NCBI GenBank assembly: GCA_965208675.1
Contig: OZ242351.1
Coordinates: forward strand, 4,000,001-4,064,000
Direction: 5' to 3'
From: Candidatus Poribacteria bacterium
GTDB taxonomy: Bacteria > Poribacteria > WGA-4E > PCPOR2b
DNA length: 64,000 bases
Shown here: piece after piece, positions 8,166 through 17,399 of the stretch
Position numbering within the stretch: position 1 is the stretch's first letter
Layout of the letters: every line of letters begins with the position of its first letter
Notes under the pieces: model-generated
Databases searched by the model: none
Told to the model about the DNA's origin: nothing
Seen by the model: only the letters and a program-made list of their open reading frames with translations
Translations under genes and position numbers: made by a program

Positions 8166-8402
8166 ATGAGCCAAATTGTCGTAAATCCAGAAATTCTGGG
8201 TGGGAAACCAATTATCGAAAGCACTCGCCTCAGTGTAGAGCATGTGTTAGGGTTACTCGCGAGCGGCATGTCCCACACAGAGATCTTTGAAGCCTTCCCA
8301 GAGTTGAATGAAGAAAACCTTCAATTGGTGCTCGCGTATGCATCTCGGGCACTCCGTGATGAGGTGATAATCGATCTCCCAATCACCCATGGCGGGGTTT
8401 GA
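8166..8402 (+). CDS. DUF433-family antitoxin
   Basis: IVVNPEILGGKPII.STRLSV...LASGMS..EI..AFPEL signature. Confidence 0.9.
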   Translation: MSQIVVNPEILGGKPIIESTRLSVEHVLGLLASGMSHTEIFEAFPELNEENLQLVLAYASRALRDEVIIDLPITHGGV

Positions 8403-8404
8403 CA

Positions 8405-8473
8405 ATGCTACTCCCGCTTGTGACTGACATTAACATCACAGTGCCCGTCAGACAGCGACTGAATATGGATTAA
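8405..8473 (+). pseudogene. Truncated DUF5615-like PIN toxin (22-codon remnant)
   Basis: MLLPLVTDINITVPVRQRL resembles the N-terminal strand-D-x-N motif of DUF433 partner PIN toxins. It stops 15 bp before repeat A6. Confidence 0.55.
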
Positions 8474-8488
8474 ACCTGATTGAGAGCA

Positions 8489-8848
8489 AGTTCTTGTAGG
8501 TTGGGTAGAGCGGATTTATCCAAATCGGCGTCATTAACAAGTTACCGCTCCAAATTTCGAATGGTGTTTGGTAGAAATTCACGTGAAGCGAAACCCAACT
8601 CTTTTGAAAACTCCGGCAACCAAAACGACGACCAAACGAAAAACCCGTCCCATTTACCCAATCACTCCGTCGTTTTTCATTTTTCCTGTCGTCATCGTAG
8701 TGACCTTATCCCTCGTCTCCCGGGGCGTCCCAAAAGCGTTGGGTTTCGCTAGACGTGAGTTAACACCAACCATGTTGCATTTCTGGCGGTAAGAACTATC
8801 GCCCTCCCTATTCGGTCGGTTGATCGCTCTACCCAACCTACAAAAACT
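8489..8848. repeat. Family-A composite element, complete four-arm copy (A6)
   Basis: GTAGGTTGGGTAGAGCGG-73 nt-AGCGAAACCCAAC, central spacer, GTTGGGTTTCGCT, inverted module M, CGCTCTACCCAACCTACAAAAACT. Confidence 0.9.
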
Positions 8849-8866
8849 GTCCAAAATAGAGCGTGA

Positions 8867-8895
8867 TTGACACCAAATTGCTTCTGACGTATAAT
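8867..8895 (+). promoter_or_regulatory. Consensus sigma70-type promoter of the PhyH gene
   Basis: TTGACA-17 bp-TATAAT, a perfect match. Confidence 0.8.
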
Positions 8896-8916
8896 TGGTG
8901 ACTCTACTGCGGCAAT

Positions 8917-9900
8917 ATGTGCAGCGCACTCACCAATTATGGGAAGCAGATTATGGAATCTTGTGGCGTTTCAAGCGGGGACCTTGAATCCGCGCTCACG
9001 CATCTTTCCGAACACGGATACACCGTCATAGAAGGCGTGCTTAGCGGCGATGAAATCCAGCACTACCGAAGTTTTGCGGCGGAACTCTTTGAACGAGAAC
9101 GCGAGCATCCTTTCGAGCCGGAAGACGGTCCGGCGTTGCCGGCAGATGCCGAGATTGAAGCTTATCTGAAGGAGAGTTACCTAATCAGCACGGCGGAACA
9201 GGCGCGGCTCATGCGGCGAATCCGCCATACACGCGCTCAAAACCGCGGCACGCCGTGGCCCGTCGCCCCCTCAGACGTGGTTAAGAATTTCCTTCACCTC
9301 CCGACCCTGTTCGATCATGACAAGTCGCAGCGTATCTGGAACTTGGTCAACAAAGCCCCGGATTTCGGAAAACTGATAGAACATCCGGCGGTGCTTTCGT
9401 TGGCGCGGGCGGTTCTTGGGGACGATTGCGTGCTCGCCGACTGCAGCGCCACCAGTATTGGAGCGCGTACCGGCGAAGGCGGGGCATGGCATGTGGATGT
9501 GCCGCTCGGTCAGTTGCCGGAACCGCTGCCGGACTTTCCGCTGACCATCCAGAACGCTTGGATGCTAGATGCGTTTACAACGCGCAACGGGGCAACCCAG
9601 GTTGTTCCCAAAAGCCATCGCACCCGCAGAAAGCCCGCATGGGGCGCGCAGCAGGAGGACGGGAAGATTCTGACGGGACCTGCCGGCTCGGTGGCAATCT
9701 GGTTGTCAAACACATGGCACCGATCGGGGCCCAACGCAACCGGCAATCCCCGCTGGGCTATCCTCTGCTATTACTCCCGTTCATGGATAAAGCCGTTTAC
9801 CGATTTTACATCGTGCCTAGACCCGGCAATCGCGAAAACCTTCTCACCTGGTTTGCGGTATCTTCTAGGATTTTCCGCCAACGCCCCCGTGCGAGGATAG
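8917..9900 (+). CDS. Phytanoyl-CoA dioxygenase (PhyH)-family Fe(II)/2-oxoglutarate oxygenase
   Basis: GYTVIEGVL, WHVD, NGATQVVPKSH, AGSVAIW...WHRSG. Start may be 8953. Confidence 0.9.
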   Translation: MCSALTNYGKQIMESCGVSSGDLESALTHLSEHGYTVIEGVLSGDEIQHYRSFAAELFEREREHPFEPEDGPALPADAEIEAYLKESYLISTAEQARLMRRIRHTRAQNRGTPWPVAPSDVVKNFLHLPTLFDHDKSQRIWNLVNKAPDFGKLIEHPAVLSLARAVLGDDCVLADCSATSIGARTGEGGAWHVDVPLGQLPEPLPDFPLTIQNAWMLDAFTTRNGATQVVPKSHRTRRKPAWGAQQEDGKILTGPAGSVAIWLSNTWHRSGPNATGNPRWAILCYYSRSWIKPFTDFTSCLDPAIAKTFSPGLRYLLGFSANAPVRG

Positions 9901-10025
9901 ATGGAAATTTTATTTATCCATTTTAACTAGAAAACCACGAACTGTTTCATTGGCTGCTGATTGGGAAAATCTTGACTATACCACGGATTGATTTGGAAAT
10001 GCCAAATTCAGGGAGGAACTCAAAA

Positions 10026-10313
10026 TTGGAGACGCAAGTTATTCAATACCCAACTGAAATTCTGTCGGCCCTCGGAAAAGAGGCTGAAGTATTTGAAAAA
10101 GAAGCCCGTTTGTTATTGGCGTTGAAATATTACGAAACTGGCAAACTCAGCACCGGACTCGCAACTCAACTCGCTGGTGTGCCGCGCACCACCTTTATAT
10201 TTCTTCTTGGCAGACACGGTCTGTCGCCCTTTGGAGAAACACCTGAAAGGCTCAAAAAATCTCTCGAAAATGCAAGAAAAGCTAGTAATCGCCAACCCAC
10301 ACGGAGCCGATGA
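10026..10313 (+). CDS. UPF0175-family antitoxin
   Basis: GGAGG RBS and TTG start. LALKYYETGKLSTGLATQLAGVPR..F...L...G signature. Confidence 0.85.
   Translation: METQVIQYPTEILSALGKEAEVFEKEARLLLALKYYETGKLSTGLATQLAGVPRTTFIFLLGRHGLSPFGETPERLKKSLENARKASNRQPTRSR
10270..10296 (+). pseudogene. N-terminal remnant of a DUF3368-like PIN toxin
   Basis: MQEKLVIAN overlaps the antitoxin 3' end as expected for a UPF0175/DUF3368 pair, then the resemblance stops. Confidence 0.45.
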
Positions 10314-10470
10314 TGTCCGAACGTTCCGCTATTCGAAACCCCATGACCAAATACGCGGTTGGCATTGGCTGGAAGTCATTAGCCTTCTCCCTTACCAAGG
10401 GGGAGTTAGAGGGGGGTTTGGCACTAATCACCTATGCTAAATCTGATAACCAATTTCGACCATGAATTTA

Positions 10471-10788
10471 TCAATATGTCAATATTTTCGCAGTTTCTCG
10501 TGACGATTTCCGAATTCCCACCTCACAGTTCAAGCGTTTCAGAAACCGCATGAGCCGCTCAACGCTATAGTAAGAAAGTTTGGCAGCTTTAAGGCGGGCA
10601 ATCTCGGGCTGTTTTACACCAAGCAACTTAGCTGCCACTACTTGGGTTAGCTGGCGTTCCTCCAAAATACGGAAGATTTCCGCTCCTAACTCCGCTTTTA
10701 ACAGTTCTTCTTCGGCAACCTCATCAGGAAAACCTAAATCCTTAAAAAAGTTTCCGCTGCTTTGTTCGACCTTGATTCTACTGCTCAT
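10471..10788 (-). CDS. XRE/HigA-like HTH antitoxin without an intact toxin
   Basis: SSGNFFKDLGFPD..EELLKAEL..LTQVVAAKLLGVKQPEIARL..YSVERL. Confidence 0.85.
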   Translation of the reverse strand: MSSRIKVEQSSGNFFKDLGFPDEVAEEELLKAELGAEIFRILEERQLTQVVAAKLLGVKQPEIARLKAAKLSYYSVERLMRFLKRLNCEVGIRKSSRETAKILTY

Positions 10789-11291
10789 GCGCCTATTTCT
10801 GCCTCCTTCGCTCGCCTAAAATTTCGTCAAATCTAAATTTCATTATAACTAATCAGCTATATCCAAACAAGTGCCAAAGTGTTAATCCGAAACTTTTCTT
10901 TTTATCATTTCCCCTGAATCTAGCAAGGTGCAAAATTTCATAGTAAGGTTTCATGTAACCTCCCGTATAAATTGCAAAGAGTTCAGTCATAGCCTGAGTT
11001 CTCACGCCTTTTTTGTCCGTAGGGAATTTGCGTTTGTCCTCGGAAAACTATGAAAACTATGAAATTCTGTATGAGGCAAAAAGATAATTTACGCATATTA
11101 TCGCTTTCGTCGAATACTCCTTCCCCTTACAAAATTCACCATTACCCGCATCTCAATGGAAGCGAATCATACCAAAGAAACCGAGTTTATTGAAACACTC
11201 GGTTTCTGGATTTTTCTCACCGTGGTGTAAACTCAGATTGAGATTTTTCGTCATATGTATGGACTCAAAGGAAAAAGGCATAATACTCTGA

Positions 11292-13535
11292 ATGAAGCAA
11301 CTTTCCATATACCTCCTTTTCATTTTATCCATCCAATCCTACATCGCACTTGGACAGGAAACCGTAACCCCTGCCGGGGAAATTTTCGGTACAATCTATC
11401 AAGTAGGCATTAATCAGCCCGTTCCATCGGCACGAGTCCGCATCGTCGAAACCGGCGCCCGCACGACGTCCGACTCAACCGGCGAATTTCGATTCCGCAA
11501 CCTACCCGCCGGAGACTACACTCTTTCCGCAACCGCATCCGGTTTTCTTCCCTCCAACGGCGTTGCTGTCACGGTCAAACCTGACGAAACCTCCCAACTT
11601 GAGATATATCTTGAGCCGGAGACAGTTCTGCTTGATGAGGTTGAGGTAACGACGGATCGTCCGGCGTCGACCGTCGGTAGAGAGACTCTGGGTGGTTCCG
11701 AGATTCAGCGCGTCCCCGGCGCTATTGGCGATTCCCTGCGAGCGCTGCAAGCCCTGCCTAGCGTCGGTGTCGCAAACGACTTTAGCGGCGCCCTCTATAT
11801 TCGCGGCGGATCCGACGAGGACAACCTCTACTACTTCGACCGCGTGCCGATCGGTTATCCCTATCATTTCGGCGGGATTGTCTCCTCACTCAGTTCCGAA
11901 ATTATAGAGCGAATCGACGTTTACGCCGGCGGCTACGGCGCCGAATTCGGCGTTGATTCCCAGGCGGTAATTGACATCTACTCGCGGGACGAGAACACGG
12001 ATGGGTTCCGGTCAAAGTTAAACGTCAACCTGCTCTATTCGGAAGGTCTGGTGGAGGGAAAACTCGGAGACCAGGGGTTCTGGTATGCTGCCGGACGGCG
12101 GAGTTACATCGATTTTTTCTTGAGTTCGATGTCGTTTGACACAGGACAAATCACCAGCTTCCCGCGGTTCTGGGATTATCAGGTAAAGGCGGGTTATGAC
12201 CTCTCTGAAAAACACCAACTATCCGCGAACGTGTTTGCTTCAGGCGACAGCTTTGCGCTCAAACTCGATGGTGAAGATGTCGATGCGGACTTTAGAGGCA
12301 ATCTCAACTTCGGAAGCGGGTTTGAGGGCGCAGGCGTTCACCTGCGTTCCCGTCTTACCGATCGGCTCTCATCTTTTCTATCATTGACCCGTTCCTATTT
12401 CGAATTCGATATCAACATCGGTGCTGGACTATCTCTCAAGATCGATGCCCCGCAATACAACCTCCGCGAAGACCTCGCCTACACGTTAACACCGAAGCAT
12501 CAACTCGAATCCGGCGTGATACTCGGCATTGAGCCCGGTAAAGCCATCGGCACGTTCGCCCGTCCGCCCGATGAAGGTGAAGTTGATTACGACTTTCGGT
12601 TTGTTGAGAAAACAACTTTCGACGAATCGGTCGCGAGACGCCGTATGGAAATCTATCTGCAAGACCGCTATAGCGTGCTGCCGTATTTGACAGTCGTGTT
12701 TGGTCTGCGTGCCGACTACCTAAGCGGCATAGACGAACTGTCCCTTCAACCGCGGGGGAGCTTCCTGCTAGGCATATCGGACGGATCGCAACTCCAATTC
12801 GCTTACGGAAACTACAATCAGGTGCCAGGCCCGCCGAGACTGACCCGGAGCGTTGGGAACCCCAACCTGAGCACAAGCCAAGCCAGCCACTATGTGTTGG
12901 AATTCACGCGCCAAGTTTCACCGGCAACGGAGTTCAAAGTCGCAGGTTATTACAAAAACCTTGCCGACCTTGCCACAGTTGACGCCAATGCGAGGTATCT
13001 TAACCAAGGTGTTGGCTATGCGCAAGGCACTGAGGTGTTCCTCCGGCATCGCGCAGGAGATCGCTTTTTGGGGTGGGGCTCTTACGCCTATGGACTTTCC
13101 AAACGGCGCGACCGCCCTGATGAACCGTATCGCTTCTATTCGTTTGACCAAACGCACGTTGCTACGTTTGCGGCGACCTACAGCCCGGCAGCTACGTGGG
13201 AGGTTGGGGCAAAATGGCAATATCGAACCGGAAACCCTTACACGCCGATTCTCGACGCCAATCTTGGCACTGATCCGCGCAACGGAGAGCCTATCTATTT
13301 CCCGGTCTACGCAGAGATAAATTCGGCGCGATTTCCGCCATATCACCGATTGGATGTGAAATTCAGCAAAGCATTTCGGTTTGAAAGCTGGGAGATTGGC
13401 TTCTTTATCGAACTCCTAAACATCTATAATCGCAAGAACCTGCTTGACTTCAACTACAGCGAGGATTACTCCGAAAAGGACGAAATCTACCAATTCCCCA
13501 TTCTGCCGTACTTAGGGGTTACCACCGAGTTCTAA
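11292..13535 (+). CDS. TonB-dependent receptor with N-terminal carboxypeptidase-regulatory-like domain
   Basis: Signal peptide, DSTGEFRFRNLPAGDYTL, plug motif LYIRGGSDEDNLYYFD..GGYGAEFG, C-terminal LGVTTEF. Confidence 0.92.
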   Translation: MKQLSIYLLFILSIQSYIALGQETVTPAGEIFGTIYQVGINQPVPSARVRIVETGARTTSDSTGEFRFRNLPAGDYTLSATASGFLPSNGVAVTVKPDETSQLEIYLEPETVLLDEVEVTTDRPASTVGRETLGGSEIQRVPGAIGDSLRALQALPSVGVANDFSGALYIRGGSDEDNLYYFDRVPIGYPYHFGGIVSSLSSEIIERIDVYAGGYGAEFGVDSQAVIDIYSRDENTDGFRSKLNVNLLYSEGLVEGKLGDQGFWYAAGRRSYIDFFLSSMSFDTGQITSFPRFWDYQVKAGYDLSEKHQLSANVFASGDSFALKLDGEDVDADFRGNLNFGSGFEGAGVHLRSRLTDRLSSFLSLTRSYFEFDINIGAGLSLKIDAPQYNLREDLAYTLTPKHQLESGVILGIEPGKAIGTFARPPDEGEVDYDFRFVEKTTFDESVARRRMEIYLQDRYSVLPYLTVVFGLRADYLSGIDELSLQPRGSFLLGISDGSQLQFAYGNYNQVPGPPRLTRSVGNPNLSTSQASHYVLEFTRQVSPATEFKVAGYYKNLADLATVDANARYLNQGVGYAQGTEVFLRHRAGDRFLGWGSYAYGLSKRRDRPDEPYRFYSFDQTHVATFAATYSPAATWEVGAKWQYRTGNPYTPILDANLGTDPRNGEPIYFPVYAEINSARFPPYHRLDVKFSKAFRFESWEIGFFIELLNIYNRKNLLDFNYSEDYSEKDEIYQFPILPYLGVTTEF

Positions 13536-13648
13536 CGGAGTTATACAACTAGCCGCGTGAATCCAGCTATAGTAAGGCCGTGACTATCTATGCACTGCGG
13601 CGGGTTCGGTTTCCTAACCAATCCCGTCCGTCCTGTTCTCCTCCTGCC

Positions 13649-16600
13649 TTACAACTCCGCGACAACCTCCATATTCATACGGTGTTCAGGCTTCCGCTGT
13701 TTTGTCGAGAGCAACCTGTAATTGAATCTCAACAATAGGTCTGTCACCTTGTGAACCTTGTAACTCGCGGTGGCTCTGATTTCGTGGCTGATTCCCTCGT
13801 AGAAGTTGTATCGCGCAAAAGGGATGCCGCCTTCGCTGGTGCCGTGGCCGATTCGGTATTTGAAATCAATCCGGCCCTTGCGGATAAAGGAGTAAATTAA
13901 CTGATTTTCTACCGAGAGAGTCCGTGTCTGAGCCTCCGGTTCGTTATCAAGGTGCTCCAAATCCGAAGTAATTCCGTGGCTGCCAACCACGCCAAACCGC
14001 ACCGCACGGCTGAGTTCGTAACGGAGTTCCATTGAATTAAGTCGTTCATATTGCATGAGATCTGAGATTTGCTCCGTCGCCTTGCCTTCCAGATTCAATT
14101 GGGTGAATTCATCTCGCTCGCGGCGAACCTCCCACCTCGCACGCAATGAGAACTTCGCCGTTGGATTAATCGTCATGTGAATGTCCCAATCTCTCCCGCG
14201 GCGTCGGCGTTCGCGGCTGTTGATGCGTTTGTTGAGGAGCTGGTTAGTGTTAAACCCAACATCTAAATTCAACGCCGGTGATGGAGAGAAGTCAAGCCGG
14301 TACCGCTGAACCCTTCGCCCAAAGATTGTCTGTTCATTCTGTAGGTTTCGTAATAGGAGCAGTGAAGATGGATCGGAAATTTCCTGTTCTTCCGCGATGC
14401 GCACTTGAAACTCCCCGCGGATAGCATTTGCTAACCATTCAAACCGATCGCGCATCGTTGTTGGCGGCTTAGGTAAGGTATCGGGTAGAATCGGGTTAAT
14501 CGGTGCACCGCCCCCGCCTGGCGGCTCTGCAGGCTGCTTCGATAAAGTTTCCCCGCTAGCGTTCCGAAATGTATCGAGGATACTGGTAGCGGAGTCTCGT
14601 GTTCGGCGCCGGCGCGCAAACATCCGGCGCGGCTGAACGCGAACTCGAAACTTTACATCAATAGCAGAAACAGGCTTGTCATCAACGTTCTGGATAAATC
14701 TGATATAATTCCCCTCCTCAAAATCCTCGCGGTAATGCAGTTCATCAATTTTGACGTAATGACCCTCACCCGGCGGGATTTCTCTGCCCGTCAGCGGGTG
14801 AATATTTGTGTATATTTCCCGCCGCTCTGTCGCGAGTGTCTTATCGAGTTCATAGACCATCTCGCCATCTAACGCGCGGTTGAATGGTGTCAGGCGCAGG
14901 TTAATATCCGCCAATTGCGTCGTTGAATCAGCGCCTTCCGCTCGCTGTGACTCATACAAACGCCGAGACAGATTCGCCGCAAAGTTTGTCCATTTTCGCG
15001 GCCGTGAGAAGAATCCAATCGTCCACGTTTTCGCGCTCGTCATCTGCTTCCAGTCCGAAAAGGCGAGAGTCTCCTCATCAACCACAATCAGCGGCTCTTT
15101 GTCAAATGCTTCCTCAATGGAGTATTCCGTATTGATGGATGCCCACTGAAAATCGGCAAGATTAATCCGGCCGGTGGAGATGTTTCGCTTCCGGTTCAGG
15201 TTCTGTGCATCAGTTGTATTCAGATCGGTTGACTCCAACTGTTCGATTGAGGCATTAAAATTAAATGGGCGAATCCGCTGGAAGATACTCCACATCGTCC
15301 GGTCCTTGCGAAATTGGTCTTGTCCTCTGACCTTTGACGTGCTGCTTCGGTAATCGCTTCTCACGCGGGGTAGGATTGGACGTTTCACTAAGCCGCCCTG
15401 CGGTTTGAATTCAAATCCCCCGTTGAAATTGTTGCGGATAGTTACGCCGTCGGACACATTCCCCTCGCGCTCGCCAGGGTCGAGAGCAGAGGAAACTCCG
15501 GCTCCAGTCAAGCCGTCAATCGCAGATTGAATCTTAAAACGCTCCTCCGTTCGTCCTATTCCTGAATCAAGATTCAACCAACCAAACGGTCTAAACTGCA
15601 GATCGAAATCTAGCGATCTTTCGTCAGGAGATTGCCCGCCGCCAGATGCGCTGAGCAAATACAAATCATCAAATCTTTCTTCAGAATACTGCTCCTCATA
15701 GCGGAAGCGTGTACGGTTTGTGCTCGATGCGCCGACTGGCACAAACTCGGCATCAAGCGATCGGGCATCTAAATTCAGTTGCAGTTTGTTGCTCGACGAA
15801 TTTGCCAGAATTTTCCACGCCCGACTAAGCACCTTCGCATCTCGATTGGAAAATGTGTTCTCATCGAGTGCGCTAAAAGCCATCTGTCCCTCTACCGATG
15901 TCCAATCTGTCGGGTTGAGGCGCCCCTCAATACCCCATACCGTGTGCCGCTGCGGCGCCGTAAGCGAGTTCCCATCGGAGTCCAGCTCATTTTTTTTCAA
16001 ATCCTCAATATCTTGTTCGTTGAGGATTATGAACGCGTTTTCGGGGTCATTCAGATCCGATTCAACGGCGTATGCGAGGCCAACTGCTGCCCGCCCGTCC
16101 GGCAGCAGATTGAATAACCCGCTCGCGCCCTGTAGATTCCGCTGATAAGCAAGGTCTTCAGGGATAAATTCAAAATCAATGCGGATGCTGTCGTTGCTGG
16201 TAATCAGATGTTTGCTCGTGAATTCGATGATGGGGTCGCCGTAATCGCGTATAATATAGTCATGGTTTTCACCGCGCCGCATCCGTTCGCCGTTAAGCCA
16301 AACAATTTCCGTCCCCGCTTTCACAATGACAAATTCGCCATCCACGTCAATTCGATATTCGCTGCGCCCCTCCTCTGCCCGTATGGTCTTGCTCGCGGAT
16401 TCCCCTTTCGGGATGCTGCTTGGAATTATATGGAATGACCCCCACTTGAAGTTTCCTTCGACCTGGACGCCTTCTAGCGCCCTTGGAAAGAAAATGAACT
16501 CGGAATTTCCGAGCGATCCCTCATAATCGCCCAAGGTCGCTGTCACATTCGGGCTTGTAATCCGAATCAGTTTCTGGTCGATGTCTTGGATGTCCTCTGT

Positions 16601-17362
16601 CGTGCCCTCCGGCTGGATTGGCAGGTCTTGATCCGAAAGCAACGCGATGACGCTCACGTTTTCCGAGACTTTGCCGTCAACGCTAATCCGCAATTCTTGG
16701 TTTTGAGACAACGCTCGTCCGCTGCCGACTGAAACTCCAAACGTCTGCGTTCCCGTGACTTGCAGGGGAGGCTGCGCGGTTTCTGTGGACGGTTGCCGTG
16801 CGAGATCGGGCTGAAACCCAAATTTGCTTTCCGCGGGCGGTTGCTCGGTTAACGGTTGTTTTGGTCGAAACAGATTGCGTTTGTACCGTTTCTTGATTTC
16901 AAAGGGCAGGGCGTGGTAGGTTATGTTGACGATAGCATCCGGCGGGTAGTCGTTCAGAAGGGCGACAGTTCCAGCGTGATAATCAATTCGGTAGTCCTCG
17001 TTTTTCGCGATTTTTTCGCCATTGACGGTAACTGTTTCGCTATCCCGGACGATCGGAAGGTGCTTTAAGGAAAAGGGATTGGACAGGTCTTTAAACCTCC
17101 CTGTCTCCGACTTCTGCAGAAGAGAAATGGTCGGAAGTTGGAGGTCGCTGGTTAAGGGTTTGGTAGGGTTTGCCTCTTCCGCGCCAGAAGCCGTAGCGCT
17201 GAAATAACTTGATAGTAGCAGGCATATCAACGGCAGAAGGTTTCGGAGAAAATATACGCAAAATTGTGTGGCTCGAGACGGTATAAAAGGGATTGGAGTA
17301 TCTGATTGAGTGGTTATAAAAAACTGATTGTACGCCGCCACATCTCGTTTCCCTTTCTCCAA
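13649..17362 (-). CDS. Large exported, probably outer-membrane beta-barrel protein (1237 aa)
   Basis: Hydrophobic signal segment, two SE.V.(V/L)NG...(N)EDY.I.Y repeats and many amphipathic strands. True start is uncertain. Confidence 0.7.
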   Translation of the reverse strand: MEKGKRDVAAYNQFFITTQSDTPIPFIPSRATQFCVYFLRNLLPLICLLLSSYFSATASGAEEANPTKPLTSDLQLPTISLLQKSETGRFKDLSNPFSLKHLPIVRDSETVTVNGEKIAKNEDYRIDYHAGTVALLNDYPPDAIVNITYHALPFEIKKRYKRNLFRPKQPLTEQPPAESKFGFQPDLARQPSTETAQPPLQVTGTQTFGVSVGSGRALSQNQELRISVDGKVSENVSVIALLSDQDLPIQPEGTTEDIQDIDQKLIRITSPNVTATLGDYEGSLGNSEFIFFPRALEGVQVEGNFKWGSFHIIPSSIPKGESASKTIRAEEGRSEYRIDVDGEFVIVKAGTEIVWLNGERMRRGENHDYIIRDYGDPIIEFTSKHLITSNDSIRIDFEFIPEDLAYQRNLQGASGLFNLLPDGRAAVGLAYAVESDLNDPENAFIILNEQDIEDLKKNELDSDGNSLTAPQRHTVWGIEGRLNPTDWTSVEGQMAFSALDENTFSNRDAKVLSRAWKILANSSSNKLQLNLDARSLDAEFVPVGASSTNRTRFRYEEQYSEERFDDLYLLSASGGGQSPDERSLDFDLQFRPFGWLNLDSGIGRTEERFKIQSAIDGLTGAGVSSALDPGEREGNVSDGVTIRNNFNGGFEFKPQGGLVKRPILPRVRSDYRSSTSKVRGQDQFRKDRTMWSIFQRIRPFNFNASIEQLESTDLNTTDAQNLNRKRNISTGRINLADFQWASINTEYSIEEAFDKEPLIVVDEETLAFSDWKQMTSAKTWTIGFFSRPRKWTNFAANLSRRLYESQRAEGADSTTQLADINLRLTPFNRALDGEMVYELDKTLATERREIYTNIHPLTGREIPPGEGHYVKIDELHYREDFEEGNYIRFIQNVDDKPVSAIDVKFRVRVQPRRMFARRRRTRDSATSILDTFRNASGETLSKQPAEPPGGGGAPINPILPDTLPKPPTTMRDRFEWLANAIRGEFQVRIAEEQEISDPSSLLLLRNLQNEQTIFGRRVQRYRLDFSPSPALNLDVGFNTNQLLNKRINSRERRRRGRDWDIHMTINPTAKFSLRARWEVRRERDEFTQLNLEGKATEQISDLMQYERLNSMELRYELSRAVRFGVVGSHGITSDLEHLDNEPEAQTRTLSVENQLIYSFIRKGRIDFKYRIGHGTSEGGIPFARYNFYEGISHEIRATASYKVHKVTDLLLRFNYRLLSTKQRKPEHRMNMEVVAEL

Positions 17363-17399
17363 ATTGTAAACCTATTAAGCCAGCCGGTTTCCCGCCTCA

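Noticed and set aside
8594-8744. Integron attC sites (ACCCAAC...GTTGGGT fits RYYYAAC...GTTRRRY)
   Set aside because: The cores are parts of GTAG-type hairpins. Genes are followed by the GTT-side arm rather than RYYYAAC, no L-box pairing with extrahelical bases is evident, and there is no integrase.
1927-8848. CRISPR array
   Set aside because: The repeats are inverted, irregularly spaced and separated by genes. The loops are related to one another and no cas genes are present.
9426-9926. Alternative-frame and antisense ORFs within long genes (e.g. 9426-9926, 12892-13320, 22746-23303, 44326-44853, 58203-58709)
   Set aside because: They are shadow ORFs overlapping well-supported genes, with no recognisable motifs.
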